A DNA stretch of 64,000 bases, taken from Prochlorococcus sp. AG-670-N10. GTDB taxonomy: Bacteria > Cyanobacteriota > Cyanobacteriia > PCC-6307 > Cyanobiaceae. The notes beneath the pieces were generated by a model that worked only from the letters and a program-made list of their open reading frames with translations, had not been told where the DNA came from and searched no databases. Location: NCBI GenBank assembly GCA_003209065.1, contig QCSX01000004.1, forward strand, positions 1,328-65,327, read 5' to 3'. Below, piece after piece: positions 1 through 9,096 of the stretch. Every line of letters begins with the position of its first letter. Position 1 is the stretch's first letter. The translations under genes and the position numbers were made by a program.

Positions 1-2198
1 GAGTTAGATCATCTCAAGATATACATTCAACTGTAGCAACTTCTTCAAATAAAAAAGTTTTAACACCACCAAGTAAATCTAATATACCTGCCAATAAAAT
101 TGCTAGAAAATCTACTTCACCAAAATCATCTAGTAAAGAACTTGGAATAGAAAGAAGAAAAGCAATGTCTATACATGGTAAATCAGCTATTAATTCTTCA
201 GATAGAACACGTACTGATGTCAAAAGTGATATTAAAGTAAATAAAGTTATTTCAACCGAAAAACTTCAGACCTTAAAAGATCAAGATAACACTATTCAAG
301 ATAATCAAGTAGTTAAACAAAATATCAAAAGAAGAATTAATCAAAAGAGAAAACCCATAACAAATACAAGTAGAGATATTGTTTTAGCACGAAGAGAAGC
401 TCAATCTAAACATGGAAAATCAGCATCAAAACAAAATACAAGTGCTGCTTCTTTAGCGAGAAGAGGGGACCCGGATTTATCTAGTAGGGAAATTTCTCAA
501 AGAGTAAGAGAACTTAGAAGTAAAACAGGATCTACATCAAAACAAGGTAATGGTAAATGTAGGCCATGTGGGCCAAACAAAAATGGTTCTAAATTAAATA
601 TCGCTGATGCAAGTTGGAAAGTTGGAAAAAGTGAAACAGATTCTGGACAAACTGTTACAGGAACACAAGCAAACAGATCTTTGAAAACAACAGGTAATGA
701 AGCTAGTACCTGTAGAACAGTAACTGGGACCCAATATATGGGAGCTGAGGTGACTGATCAATTCTGTCAAGATAAACCAAAATATAAACAACCTGTAAGA
801 GCCTCTGTTACAACCACAACATCCGGTAATAAGGTTACTGGTAATGAAGTGGGCAGATCTGAAAAAGTTACTGGGGATGAACCTGGGACTTGTAAAAACT
901 TGACTGGAACAGAATATATTTCTGCTAATCAGTCAAAAAAATATTGTGGGGAAGTAATAAAAAAACCAGCTAAGGTTAAGCAAAGCATAACAACTGATGG
1001 ATTAAAAGTATCTGGTTCCTTGCCAGGAAGATCATCTTTAGTAACTGGAGATGAATCAGGATCTGGGAAGCAGTTGACTGGCGATCAATATTTGGGATCA
1101 GAGCCTAGCCCAAAAGGAAAATCATTTGAAAAAGTTGGAAGTTATGACACTTTAAATGGAAATAACGTTACAGGAACTGGTGTAGGAAGATCTGATTATG
1201 TAACAGGTAATGAACATGGTAGCTGTAAAAACGTGACAGGAGATGAATATATTGGTTCCCAGCAATATGAAAAATTCTGCGGATCTACTCCACAACCTGA
1301 GGCTAGGAAAGTTGGTTTGAGTCTCTCTTCAAAATCTAATTTGATAAGTGGAACAATGACAGGGAGATCAAAAATCGTAACAGGAGATGAGCCAGGGTCA
1401 TGCAAGGTATTAACAGGAACTCCTTATGCAGGCTTAGATCAGATTAATGATAATTGTAATGCTGAAATTGCTGATGATATGAAATCTCGAGCGACTGTCA
1501 ATTCTGGAAATAATTCAAATGCAAGATTAACTGGACTGCAGCCAGGAATTGGTGGAGTAATGACTGGAGCAAGAAAAGGTGCTTGTAAAAATTTAACTGG
1601 AACTCCATATATTGGAGGGGATCAGTTTTTATCAAATTGCGAAACACCACCAAACGATGCTTCTTATGCAAATCAAGAGAAGTCAGCGTCAAATTCTTGG
1701 AAGGAATTTTCTGTTAATTCACCATCAAGAGAAAAGTATTCAGCTAAAAATACAGAAGGAGTAACAGGTAATAGGTATGAAGATAGTTCAAAGATTACAG
1801 GACCTTTTGATATGGCAGAAGATAAAGTTACGGGTACTGAGCAATTTAGATTTGAACCTAATAAAAATATGACTTATAAACAAAAAATGAAACAAGAAGA
1901 AAGTCAAAATATTGATATTCCTACAGATAAAAAAGAGCCTTCCAGAATAACAGGTGAGGGTCAGTCTGCTGGGAATATAACAGGTGATGACTGGGATAGA
2001 GGAGATAAAGTCACGGGAACAGAAGGAGTTTCTGCTAGGAAGAGGAATCCATCAAGAGCGGGATTTATGGGAGCAATGCCACCTGTTGATAATAAGAGAA
2101 ATGATGAGACAGAAAAACCTGATTTTCTTATAACTGGATCTAGTGGTAACACTCGTGATGGACAACTGGTTACCTTTTCAGGTGGTGCAAGAGGTTAA
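1..2198 (+). CDS. csoS2: Carboxysome scaffold protein CsoS2. The 5' end lies upstream of the window; the reading frame is open from nt 3.
   Basis: The frame of the 165..2198 ORF stays open back to nt 3. Basic N-terminal repeats are present (SKELGIERRKAMSIHGKSA, SRDIVLARREAQSKHGKSA, SREISQRVRELRSKTGST). Six M-repeats built of [VIL][TS]G triplets follow, then C-terminal VTG/ITG repeats. csoSCA lies immediately downstream. Confidence 0.92.
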   Translation, partial: VRSSQDIHSTVATSSNKKVLTPPSKSNIPANKIARKSTSPKSSSKELGIERRKAMSIHGKSAINSSDRTRTDVKSDIKVNKVISTEKLQTLKDQDNTIQDNQVVKQNIKRRINQKRKPITNTSRDIVLARREAQSKHGKSASKQNTSAASLARRGDPDLSSREISQRVRELRSKTGSTSKQGNGKCRPCGPNKNGSKLNIADASWKVGKSETDSGQTVTGTQANRSLKTTGNEASTCRTVTGTQYMGAEVTDQFCQDKPKYKQPVRASVTTTTSGNKVTGNEVGRSEKVTGDEPGTCKNLTGTEYISANQSKKYCGEVIKKPAKVKQSITTDGLKVSGSLPGRSSLVTGDESGSGKQLTGDQYLGSEPSPKGKSFEKVGSYDTLNGNNVTGTGVGRSDYVTGNEHGSCKNVTGDEYIGSQQYEKFCGSTPQPEARKVGLSLSSKSNLISGTMTGRSKIVTGDEPGSCKVLTGTPYAGLDQINDNCNAEIADDMKSRATVNSGNNSNARLTGLQPGIGGVMTGARKGACKNLTGTPYIGGDQFLSNCETPPNDASYANQEKSASNSWKEFSVNSPSREKYSAKNTEGVTGNRYEDSSKITGPFDMAEDKVTGTEQFRFEPNKNMTYKQKMKQEESQNIDIPTDKKEPSRITGEGQSAGNITGDDWDRGDKVTGTEGVSARKRNPSRAGFMGAMPPVDNKRNDETEKPDFLITGSSGNTRDGQLVTFSGGARG
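651..1625 (+). repeat. Six tandem M-repeats of about 50 aa inside csoS2, at the protein level; each carries three [VIL][TS]G motifs.
   Basis: The repeats are read from the translation: TVTGTQ..STCRTVTGTQY, KVTGNE..GTCKNLTGTEY, KVSGSL..GSGKQLTGDQY, NVTGTG..GSCKNVTGDEY, LISGTM..GSCKVLTGTPY, RLTGLQ..GACKNLTGTPY. Confidence 0.8.
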
Positions 2199-2205
2199 TT
2201 AAATA

Positions 2206-3735
2206 ATGCCTTTGAGAGGACTGGCTAAAGCCAAGAACTTCACATTGGGGCCAACCGCTCCAATGAAAACATTTACAGAAAATGTTCATTCACAGAATAA
2301 TGAAATAAATAATTTAAGAAATATTGATAAGACTCATAACTTAACTAATAATTCTCAGAATGAAAAACTTTATAAATATGAAAGTCAAATAAAAAGTAGT
2401 TTTGACAGAATTGTCCCTACTTTGAAAGAAATTGCGTATATACAACATCAAGAGGATTTTATAAATAGAGCTCAATCTATATCTAAGCAAAATTTAGGAA
2501 TAGATTTGCCACCACATATTTTAGATAAATCTTGGGTTCAACCATTAAATATGAGGGCATTATATGCATGGTGCGCCTTTAAGCAGCATGAGAAATTAAG
2601 CGATAATTTTTTCGAAAATGACCCTTTAGAGGGTTCTTCTGGTAGTCCTAACGCAAATAATTTTGAGACAATACTGCTAGATTGTGGAATTCACTTGTTA
2701 GACATAACACCTTGCTCTGATGGAAGATTAGCTCATTGCGTAGCTTATGTAATGAGAATTCCATTTAGTGCAGTTAGAAGAAGATCACATGCAGGAGCGC
2801 TCTTTGATATCGAAAATACTGTGAATAGATGGGTAAAAACTGAACATAAAAGATATAGAGAAAATAAGCCAAATGAAGCCCATAAAGATACAAGGTACTT
2901 AAAAATCGTCACATATCATTTTAGTTCTGTTGACCCTTTACATCAGGGATGCGCTGCTCATGGTAGTGATGATAAATTAGCAGCTAAAGAGGGTCTTGAA
3001 AAATTACTAGCTTTTAAGGAGGCTGTAGAAAATAGTTTCTGCTGCGGGGCTTCAGTAGATCTTATGTTAATTGGTCTTGATACTGATACTGATTCGTTGA
3101 AAATTCATTTATCGTCAAGTGACGGAAAGATTGATTTAGATAATACTATTTCTAGTTTAGATATCTACAATTCCACAATAAATTTTTCAAAAGATGAAGC
3201 AGAAAAAGAAATTTGTCAGATTATTTCAGGGAATTCTAATAAGGGTCAACTAAAGGGATTGGATAAGTTTGTTTTCAAATTAATAGTCAATAATATTTCT
3301 CAGATTGATTACGTTAAGAAATTTCATAAAGGTTCTTATGAAGATATTGGTCATGCTGAAAGGTTTATTGGGGTTGGGATTGGTTTTAAAGAGGTTCATC
3401 TAAGAAATTTAACGTATTTTGCTCATCTTGATACAGTTGAAGAAGGTTCTCCTGACTTGGATGTGGGAGTAAAGATTTTTACAGGATTAAATGTTTCTCA
3501 AGATCTACCTATCCCCGTAGTAATAAGATTTGATTATTCTGGTAAAGTTCCAGGGGCGAAAGAAAGGGCTGCAAAAGATTGTTACAGAGTCAATAATGCG
3601 ATATCAATTAGATATAAAAGTTTAGTTGATAAAGGGTTGTTACACACTTGTCTTACTATTAGAGATAGGGACAACATTCATTCCGCCCAAATTATTGGAA
3701 TGTCTTTAGATCAAAAAACAAAGGAGGCCCATTAA
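2206..3735 (+). CDS. csoSCA: Carboxysome shell carbonic anhydrase CsoSCA (CsoS3)
   Basis: The 509-aa ORF starts 7 nt after csoS2. It carries a beta-CA-like CxDxR motif (TPCSDGRLAH) and an HxxC motif (HQGCAAHG). Its size and position are typical of cso operons. Confidence 0.9.
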   Translation: MPLRGLAKAKNFTLGPTAPMKTFTENVHSQNNEINNLRNIDKTHNLTNNSQNEKLYKYESQIKSSFDRIVPTLKEIAYIQHQEDFINRAQSISKQNLGIDLPPHILDKSWVQPLNMRALYAWCAFKQHEKLSDNFFENDPLEGSSGSPNANNFETILLDCGIHLLDITPCSDGRLAHCVAYVMRIPFSAVRRRSHAGALFDIENTVNRWVKTEHKRYRENKPNEAHKDTRYLKIVTYHFSSVDPLHQGCAAHGSDDKLAAKEGLEKLLAFKEAVENSFCCGASVDLMLIGLDTDTDSLKIHLSSSDGKIDLDNTISSLDIYNSTINFSKDEAEKEICQIISGNSNKGQLKGLDKFVFKLIVNNISQIDYVKKFHKGSYEDIGHAERFIGVGIGFKEVHLRNLTYFAHLDTVEEGSPDLDVGVKIFTGLNVSQDLPIPVVIRFDYSGKVPGAKERAAKDCYRVNNAISIRYKSLVDKGLLHTCLTIRDRDNIHSAQIIGMSLDQKTKEAH

Positions 3736-3738
3736 ATC

Positions 3739-4005
3739 ATGCTTATTTGTAAGGTATTGAAACCACTTGTTTCAACAAATAGAATACCGGGATTCGAGCA
3801 TAAGCATCTTCAAGTAGTTTTAGATGGCTCTTCTAATAAGGTTGCCGTTGATGCTGTGGGATGTAAGCCCGGTGATTGGGTTATTTGTGTTGGTAGTTCT
3901 GCTGCTAGAGAAGCTGCAGGGAGTAAGTCATATCCAAGTGATTTAACGATTGTTGGAATTATTGATCATTGGGATCCCGATAGTCCAAAACAGATTGAGG
4001 TGTAG
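3739..4005 (+). CDS. csoS4A: Carboxysome vertex (pentamer) protein CsoS4A
   Basis: This 88-aa protein of the EutN/CcmL family (MLICKVLKPLVSTNRIPG...) starts 3 nt after csoSCA and is a paralog of the next ORF. Confidence 0.88.
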   Translation: MLICKVLKPLVSTNRIPGFEHKHLQVVLDGSSNKVAVDAVGCKPGDWVICVGSSAAREAAGSKSYPSDLTIVGIIDHWDPDSPKQIEV

Positions 4006-4010
4006 AAATT

Positions 4011-4259
4011 TTGGAAATAATGAAGGTATGTGGAAGAATGGTCTGCACCCAGAGAGTAGCTGGCCTTGGACACATGAATTTGAGAATTTTAGAAAATAAT
4101 AAAGGTAAAAAAGTTGTGGCAGTTGATCCTGTTGGAGCTAGAGAGGGTAATTGGGTTTTTACGGCTAGTGGCTCAGCAGCAAGGTTTGCTTGCCCTAATC
4201 CAGAAGTTCAAACTGATTTAACCATTGGCGGAATTATTGATTACTGGGAATCCAATTAG
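4011..4259 (+). CDS. csoS4B: Carboxysome vertex (pentamer) protein CsoS4B
   Basis: This 82-aa paralog of CsoS4A (KVCGRMVCTQRVAG, DLTIGGIIDYW) has a TTG start at 4011 with GAGG 10 nt upstream. An ATG at 4020 is an alternative start. Confidence 0.85.
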   Translation: MEIMKVCGRMVCTQRVAGLGHMNLRILENNKGKKVVAVDPVGAREGNWVFTASGSAARFACPNPEVQTDLTIGGIIDYWESN

Positions 4260-4358
4260 ACTTTTATAGTTTTTGCTTGTCCTAATTTATTTGTCAAAAT
4301 AATTAGTAAAATATCAAATAAATGTATAGTATTAATTGCTGTTGCAAATTATGTCTTA

Positions 4359-4598
4359 ATGTGGAAAAAAAGGGAGTCTCCTTCAAGAATTGAAAAAAGA
4401 TTTGAGTTTGAAGAGTATCAAAAAATTAGTATATTTTTGAAAAAAACAGATGAATTATGTAAAGAAAAAAATATCTATCCCAATATTAGTTTTGGTAAGA
4501 ATTTTGTTAGTGTAACCATCTTTTTAGATTCTGAGGAAATACCAAGTAATGAAAAAGAATTTTCTATAAAATTAGATAATTTCTTTTTAGAAAAATAA
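4359..4598 (+). CDS. Pterin-4a-carbinolamine dehydratase-like protein (acRAF-type Rubisco assembly factor candidate)
   Basis: The 79-aa ORF lies directly downstream of the cso operon. It has a DCoH/PCD-like pattern, but the catalytic HHP is replaced by IYP (KNIYPNISF). This position is typical of alpha-cyanobacterial acRAF. Confidence 0.65.
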   Translation: MWKKRESPSRIEKRFEFEEYQKISIFLKKTDELCKEKNIYPNISFGKNFVSVTIFLDSEEIPSNEKEFSIKLDNFFLEK

Positions 4599-4603
4599 TG
4601 TGC

Positions 4604-4831
4604 TTAATAATGATTAGGTTTATCAATATCTCTTTTAATTAGAGCCATTAAATAAGTAGGGGCTTTATATCTTCCAGGAAGGCATCTATTTAATGTTTCA
4701 AGATGACCCCAACAAACTGTCCTTTCAATCTCTTTAATTGAATTGCCTTTTAAAATTAATAACCTTAGCGCTTTACAAAATAAAGGGTAGCCTGCTTCTA
4801 GTTCATCTATATTTAGCTTTGCTGCTGTCAT
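4604..4831 (-). CDS. Small conserved hypothetical protein (75 aa)
   Basis: The intact ORF is convergent on the acRAF-like gene with a 5-nt gap. It has a CX9C pair (CWGHLETLNRC). I do not recognise a family. Confidence 0.5.
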   Translation of the reverse strand: MTAAKLNIDELEAGYPLFCKALRLLILKGNSIKEIERTVCWGHLETLNRCLPGRYKAPTYLMALIKRDIDKPNHY

Positions 4832-4916
4832 AGATCAAGGAAGTTTTGTTATTTAATAATCTATACAAATATGGTGCACAATTGGCTGTTATTTTAAATT
4901 TCTAAATAATTATAAA

Positions 4917-5309
4917 TTAATCTAAAAAAGCGACGCAATCTATTTCAATCAATACACCTTTTGGCAAAGAAGAAACTTCTACACATGCTCTTGCAGGTGG
5001 GTTCTCTACCTTAAAAAAATCACTATATATATCATTAACAGTTTTAAAATTTTTTAAATCAGTTAAATAAATAGTTGTTTTAATTACGTCTTCTGCTTTT
5101 GCTCCTCCTGCATTAAGAACAGCTAAAAGATTTTTTAAAACTTGAGTAGTTTCTCTCTCAATATTACCTGGGCATTCTATTTTATTTGAAACTGGATCAA
5201 TAGCGATTTGACCTGAACAATAAACAAAATTTCCGGCTTTAATTGCTTGGTTATAAGGACCAACTGGGTCCGGTGCATTAGAAGTCTTAATTACTTTTGT
5301 TGTAGACAT
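4917..5309 (-). CDS. ridA: RidA/YjgF/TdcF-family reactive intermediate deaminase
   Basis: The 130-aa protein has the N-terminal signature APDPVGPYNQAIKAGNFVYCSGQI and a C-terminal ARACVEV..LPKGVLIEI. Confidence 0.85.
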   Translation of the reverse strand: MSTTKVIKTSNAPDPVGPYNQAIKAGNFVYCSGQIAIDPVSNKIECPGNIERETTQVLKNLLAVLNAGGAKAEDVIKTTIYLTDLKNFKTVNDIYSDFFKVENPPARACVEVSSLPKGVLIEIDCVAFLD

Positions 5310-5333
5310 TTGACTAAGGATACTTATATGAAT

Positions 5334-6074
5334 TTAAACCCATAAATCTTTATTTGCTCTTAGATAAGAAAATCCTTTTAAATTATCTGCTTTTAAAAAC
5401 AGATTAATTTTCATCTCTTCTTCAAGTAGACATGGAATTGTAAGTTCTTTTAGAGCAATTTTCTTTTCAACTTCAATAAGTTTATTTTTAATATTTTGAT
5501 TTTCTGGTTCAAGATCTAAGGCCCACAAAAGATTTGACTTGGTATATTCATGAGCACAGTAAATAAGAGTGTTTTTAGGTAATGACTTGATTTTTTTAAG
5601 AGAATCATACATTTGTTTATAGGTGCCTTCAAAGATTCTTCCACATCCAGCTGAAAATAAAGTATCGCCAATAAAAAGGACAGGAACTTTGCTATGAATG
5701 TAAAAAGCTATATGAGATATCGTATGACCCATTACTTCGAGTACTTGAACTTCTTCATCTAATAGATGTAACGTGTCTCCCTCCTTGACAGATAAATTTT
5801 GAAAAGGGATCCGATCTTTTTCTTTAACGGAGGCTATAACTTTAACATTGGGCCACTCTTTTATAAGTTCTACAGTACCTCCAATATGATCTAAGTGATG
5901 ATGTGTTTGTAAAATAGCCTCTAAATTAAGATTATTGCCTTTTAGGTAATCTATTACAGGTTGAGAAAGGGCAGGATCAATAACTACTGCTGAGTTATTA
6001 TTTTCCCATATCCAAATGACATTATCACTTAGAACCCTAATGCCAATTATTTTTCGTGCTTTATTAAATTCCAT
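5334..6074 (-). CDS. gloB: Hydroxyacylglutathione hydrolase (glyoxalase II)
   Basis: It carries the metallo-beta-lactamase motif [10 protein letters not shown]. The 246-aa length and a C-terminal region (YCAHEYT) are typical of GloB. Confidence 0.85.
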   Translation of the reverse strand: MEFNKARKIIGIRVLSDNVIWIWENNNSAVVIDPALSQPVIDYLKGNNLNLEAILQTHHHLDHIGGTVELIKEWPNVKVIASVKEKDRIPFQNLSVKEGDTLHLLDEEVQVLEVMGHTISHIAFYIHSKVPVLFIGDTLFSAGCGRIFEGTYKQMYDSLKKIKSLPKNTLIYCAHEYTKSNLLWALDLEPENQNIKNKLIEVEKKIALKELTIPCLLEEEMKINLFLKADNLKGFSYLRANKDLWV

Positions 6075-6116
6075 TATTACCTTAGAATTAAAAGATTGTG
6101 TAAAAAAAATTGATCT

Positions 6117-6755
6117 ATGATTACTATAGCTTTACCTAAAGGAGCTCTGTTAGAAGATTCAATTTTAATTTTTAAAAAAGCAGGATTGAACTTCTCTGAT
6201 GCATTGCTAAAGAACAATAGATCATTAACTATTGAATCAAAATGTAAACGAGCAAAAGCCTTATTGGTTAGAAATGGAGATGTCCCGGTTTATGTTAGTT
6301 ACGGACAAGCTGATTTAGGAATTGTAGGATATGACGTATTAAAGGAATCTGAATTGAAAGTAGCTAAGTTACTTGATTTGGAGTTTGGGGGATGTCATAT
6401 GTCCCTTGCAGTAAAAAATAATAGTAATTATTCAAAACCTACTGATCTTCCTGCTAATTGCAAAGTGGCGAGTAAATTTACAAAAACAGCGAGAGCATAC
6501 TTTGATAACTTAAATATACCTGTTGAGATTGTACATTTAACTGGCTCTGTAGAGCTTGGTCCTATTACAGGAATGGCTGAAGCAATAGTTGATTTGGTCG
6601 CAACAGGTAAGACTCTTAAAGAAAACGGTTTAAGTAAAATTGACGATCTTTTTTATTCAACAGCAAGGTTAATTGCTAATCCTCTTTCTATTAGATTAGA
6701 TAGCAATCCCCTCCGAGATGTTATTTTATCAATAGAATCTTTTAAAGGTAATTAG
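6117..6755 (+). CDS. hisG: ATP phosphoribosyltransferase, short form
   Basis: The 212-aa protein begins [15 protein letters not shown], followed by [25 protein letters not shown] and [10 protein letters not shown]. Confidence 0.88.
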   Translation: MITIALPKGALLEDSILIFKKAGLNFSDALLKNNRSLTIESKCKRAKALLVRNGDVPVYVSYGQADLGIVGYDVLKESELKVAKLLDLEFGGCHMSLAVKNNSNYSKPTDLPANCKVASKFTKTARAYFDNLNIPVEIVHLTGSVELGPITGMAEAIVDLVATGKTLKENGLSKIDDLFYSTARLIANPLSIRLDSNPLRDVILSIESFKGN

Positions 6756-6768
6756 CAAATTTAAATAA

Positions 6769-8565
6769 ATGTTTTTGAATGATTTTAATAGAATCAAAAA
6801 GTTAGGAAGATATTTAACTAAAGATAAAAAAACAATTTATCTTATTTTAATAGTCTTATTACCGGTTTCTTTTGCAGGAGCAATTCAACCATTATTGGTT
6901 GGCCAGGCGATTACAATCTTAAAAAATGAGAGTACAGATGTCTGGTTAAGCAAAACCTTCTTTGGGCAATCTATAAATTTAATTATTATTACTTTGTTTA
7001 TAACTGTTCTTTTTAGGTTAGTTTTGCAAGGGTATCAATCATATAATATCCAATCAGTTGGCCAGAGATTGACAGCAAGGATTAGAAGAGAGCTTTTCGA
7101 TCACTCTATTTCTCTTTCTTTGAAGTATCACGATAAAATGCCTGTTGGTAAATTGCTAACAAGACTTACCAATGATGTAGATGCCTTGGCTGAGGTCTTT
7201 GGAAGTGGGGCTGTGGGAGTTATTGCTGATTTTGTAAGTCTTATAGTTATTTCATTAACAATGCTTTCAATAGATAAAGGGCTCGCAGTTTTACTTCTCA
7301 TAACACAAATTCCGGTTTCCTATTTTATTATTTGGCTACAAAAACGCTATAGAAAAGCAAATTATCAGGTAAGAGAGGAGTTATCTCAACTTAACTCTGA
7401 CTTCCAAGAGAACCTTCAAGGATTAGAAGTTGTTCAAATGTTTAGGAGAGAATCTTATAATAGTAAGAAATTTTCCAATACAGGCATTGCATATCAGAAA
7501 GCTGTAAATGGTACTATTTTTTACGATAGTAGTATATCTGCTTTTATAGAGTGGATATCCCTCGCGGCAGTATCTTTGGTATTAGCTGTAGGTGGTTATC
7601 TAGTAACTTCGGGTAGTATTGGTTTAGGAACATTAACAACATTTATTCTTTATTCCCAAAGACTCTTCGAGCCTTTAAGACAATTAGCAGAGAGATTTAC
7701 CCAGATTCAAGGTGGACTTACTGCTGTAGAGAGAATAAATGAATTATTAAATGAAGAGATTGAGATTAAAGACTCTATTTCTACTCAACAACGTTCAGGA
7801 GGAATTTTAAGTAAGGACTATAAATTTAAAGGGAAAATTGAATTTCGGAATGTAAATTTCTTTTATAACGAGGGTGAACATGTAATAAAAGACCTATCAT
7901 TTTTAATTAATCCAGGAGAACATGTAGCTTTTGTTGGCCCAACTGGTTCTGGTAAAACAACCATAATAAGGTTGTTATGTAGACTATATGAGCCTCAAGA
8001 AGGCCAGATTTTGATAGATGATGTAGATATTAAGGATATACCAATAGCAAGACTTAGAAATATGCTTGGTGTCGTGCTGCAAGATACTTTTATTTTTAGT
8101 GGTGATGTTGCAGAAAACTTAAAATTAAGTACCGATATTAATAAACAAGACTTAGAAAATATTTGTATAGAGCTTGGTTTAGATACTTTATTGAAAAAGT
8201 TGCCTGATGGTTTAAATACTTATCTTAGAGAGAGAGGAGGTAATCTTTCATCCGGAGAAAGACAACTTCTTTCTGTAGCTAGGGTAGCCATAAGAAATCC
8301 AATTATCTTGATAATGGACGAAGCTACTGCATTTATGGATCCATCTACAGAAGCCACCTTACAAAAAGATCTTGAAAGAATATTGAATAAAAGAACGGCA
8401 TTAGTCATCGCGCATAGATTAGCTACTATTGAGAAATCTGATAAAATATTAGTCTTAAAAGGGGGAACTTTAATTGAAGAAGGGAATCATAAAGAGCTTA
8501 GACTCAAAAAAGGATTATATTTCCAACTTTCCGAGCTTCAAGAAAAAGGATTTGCTAGCTTTTAA
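6769..8565 (+). CDS. ABC exporter, fused permease/ATPase (MsbA/multidrug-type)
   Basis: The N-terminal half is a six-TM domain. It has Walker A GPTGSGKTT, signature LSSGERQ and Walker B ILIMDEAT. Confidence 0.85.
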   Translation: MFLNDFNRIKKLGRYLTKDKKTIYLILIVLLPVSFAGAIQPLLVGQAITILKNESTDVWLSKTFFGQSINLIIITLFITVLFRLVLQGYQSYNIQSVGQRLTARIRRELFDHSISLSLKYHDKMPVGKLLTRLTNDVDALAEVFGSGAVGVIADFVSLIVISLTMLSIDKGLAVLLLITQIPVSYFIIWLQKRYRKANYQVREELSQLNSDFQENLQGLEVVQMFRRESYNSKKFSNTGIAYQKAVNGTIFYDSSISAFIEWISLAAVSLVLAVGGYLVTSGSIGLGTLTTFILYSQRLFEPLRQLAERFTQIQGGLTAVERINELLNEEIEIKDSISTQQRSGGILSKDYKFKGKIEFRNVNFFYNEGEHVIKDLSFLINPGEHVAFVGPTGSGKTTIIRLLCRLYEPQEGQILIDDVDIKDIPIARLRNMLGVVLQDTFIFSGDVAENLKLSTDINKQDLENICIELGLDTLLKKLPDGLNTYLRERGGNLSSGERQLLSVARVAIRNPIILIMDEATAFMDPSTEATLQKDLERILNKRTALVIAHRLATIEKSDKILVLKGGTLIEEGNHKELRLKKGLYFQLSELQEKGFASF

Positions 8566-9095
8566 TGATTTTTAGGAACAAAAGGTCATCAATTAAGAAA
8601 ACAAATATTCTTTCTCGAGATGAGCTGAATAAAAATTATGGTTTAAATTCTTATGAATTCACCCATCAAGAGAAAAAAGAGATTTTTGTTTGTAGCAAGG
8701 TCAAGGAATTTGACCTTATTGAGTTAGATCAACTTTTGCAGACTGTAGGATGGAGCAGGAGGCCAATAAGGCGAGTTAAAAGAGCTTTAGAATTTAGTAT
8801 TCTAGTAGTTGGATTATGGCGTCATGATGAGAAATTTCCTAGGCTTGTAGGTTTCGCTAGATGTACTGGGGACGGAATTATTGAGGCAACTATTTGGGAT
8901 GTTGCTGTCAATCCTGTTTATCAAGGGCTTGGATTAGGTAAAGAATTGATGAAATATATATTGAAAGAATTAAAAAAAATTGGAATATCAAAGGTTACTT
9001 TATTCGCGGATGCCGAGGTGGTTTCATTTTATAAAAGGCAGGGTTGGGAATTAGAACCAAAAGGTTCAAAATGTGCTTTTTGGTATGCAAATTAA
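8565..9095 (+). CDS. GNAT-family N-acetyltransferase (possibly Ycf52-like)
   Basis: It has the acetyl-CoA binding motif VNPVYQGLGLGKELM. The start codon overlaps the ABC exporter stop (TAATG). Confidence 0.75.
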   Translation: MIFRNKRSSIKKTNILSRDELNKNYGLNSYEFTHQEKKEIFVCSKVKEFDLIELDQLLQTVGWSRRPIRRVKRALEFSILVVGLWRHDEKFPRLVGFARCTGDGIIEATIWDVAVNPVYQGLGLGKELMKYILKELKKIGISKVTLFADAEVVSFYKRQGWELEPKGSKCAFWYAN

Positions 9096-9096
9096 T

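Noticed and set aside
4011-4022. There is ambiguity over the csoS4B start codon, TTG at 4011 or ATG at 4020.
   Set aside because: This is not a biological anomaly. I kept TTG because GAGG sits 10 nt upstream and CsoS4A has the same four-residue lead before the conserved KV. The ATG remains possible.
4604-4831. The segment GNSIKEI in the 75-aa ORF resembles the LuxR / sigma-70 region 4 HTH turn (G.SNKEIA).
   Set aside because: The spacing to the would-be recognition helix (TV..H) is about 6 residues too short and the rest of the motif is missing. I therefore leave it as hypothetical.
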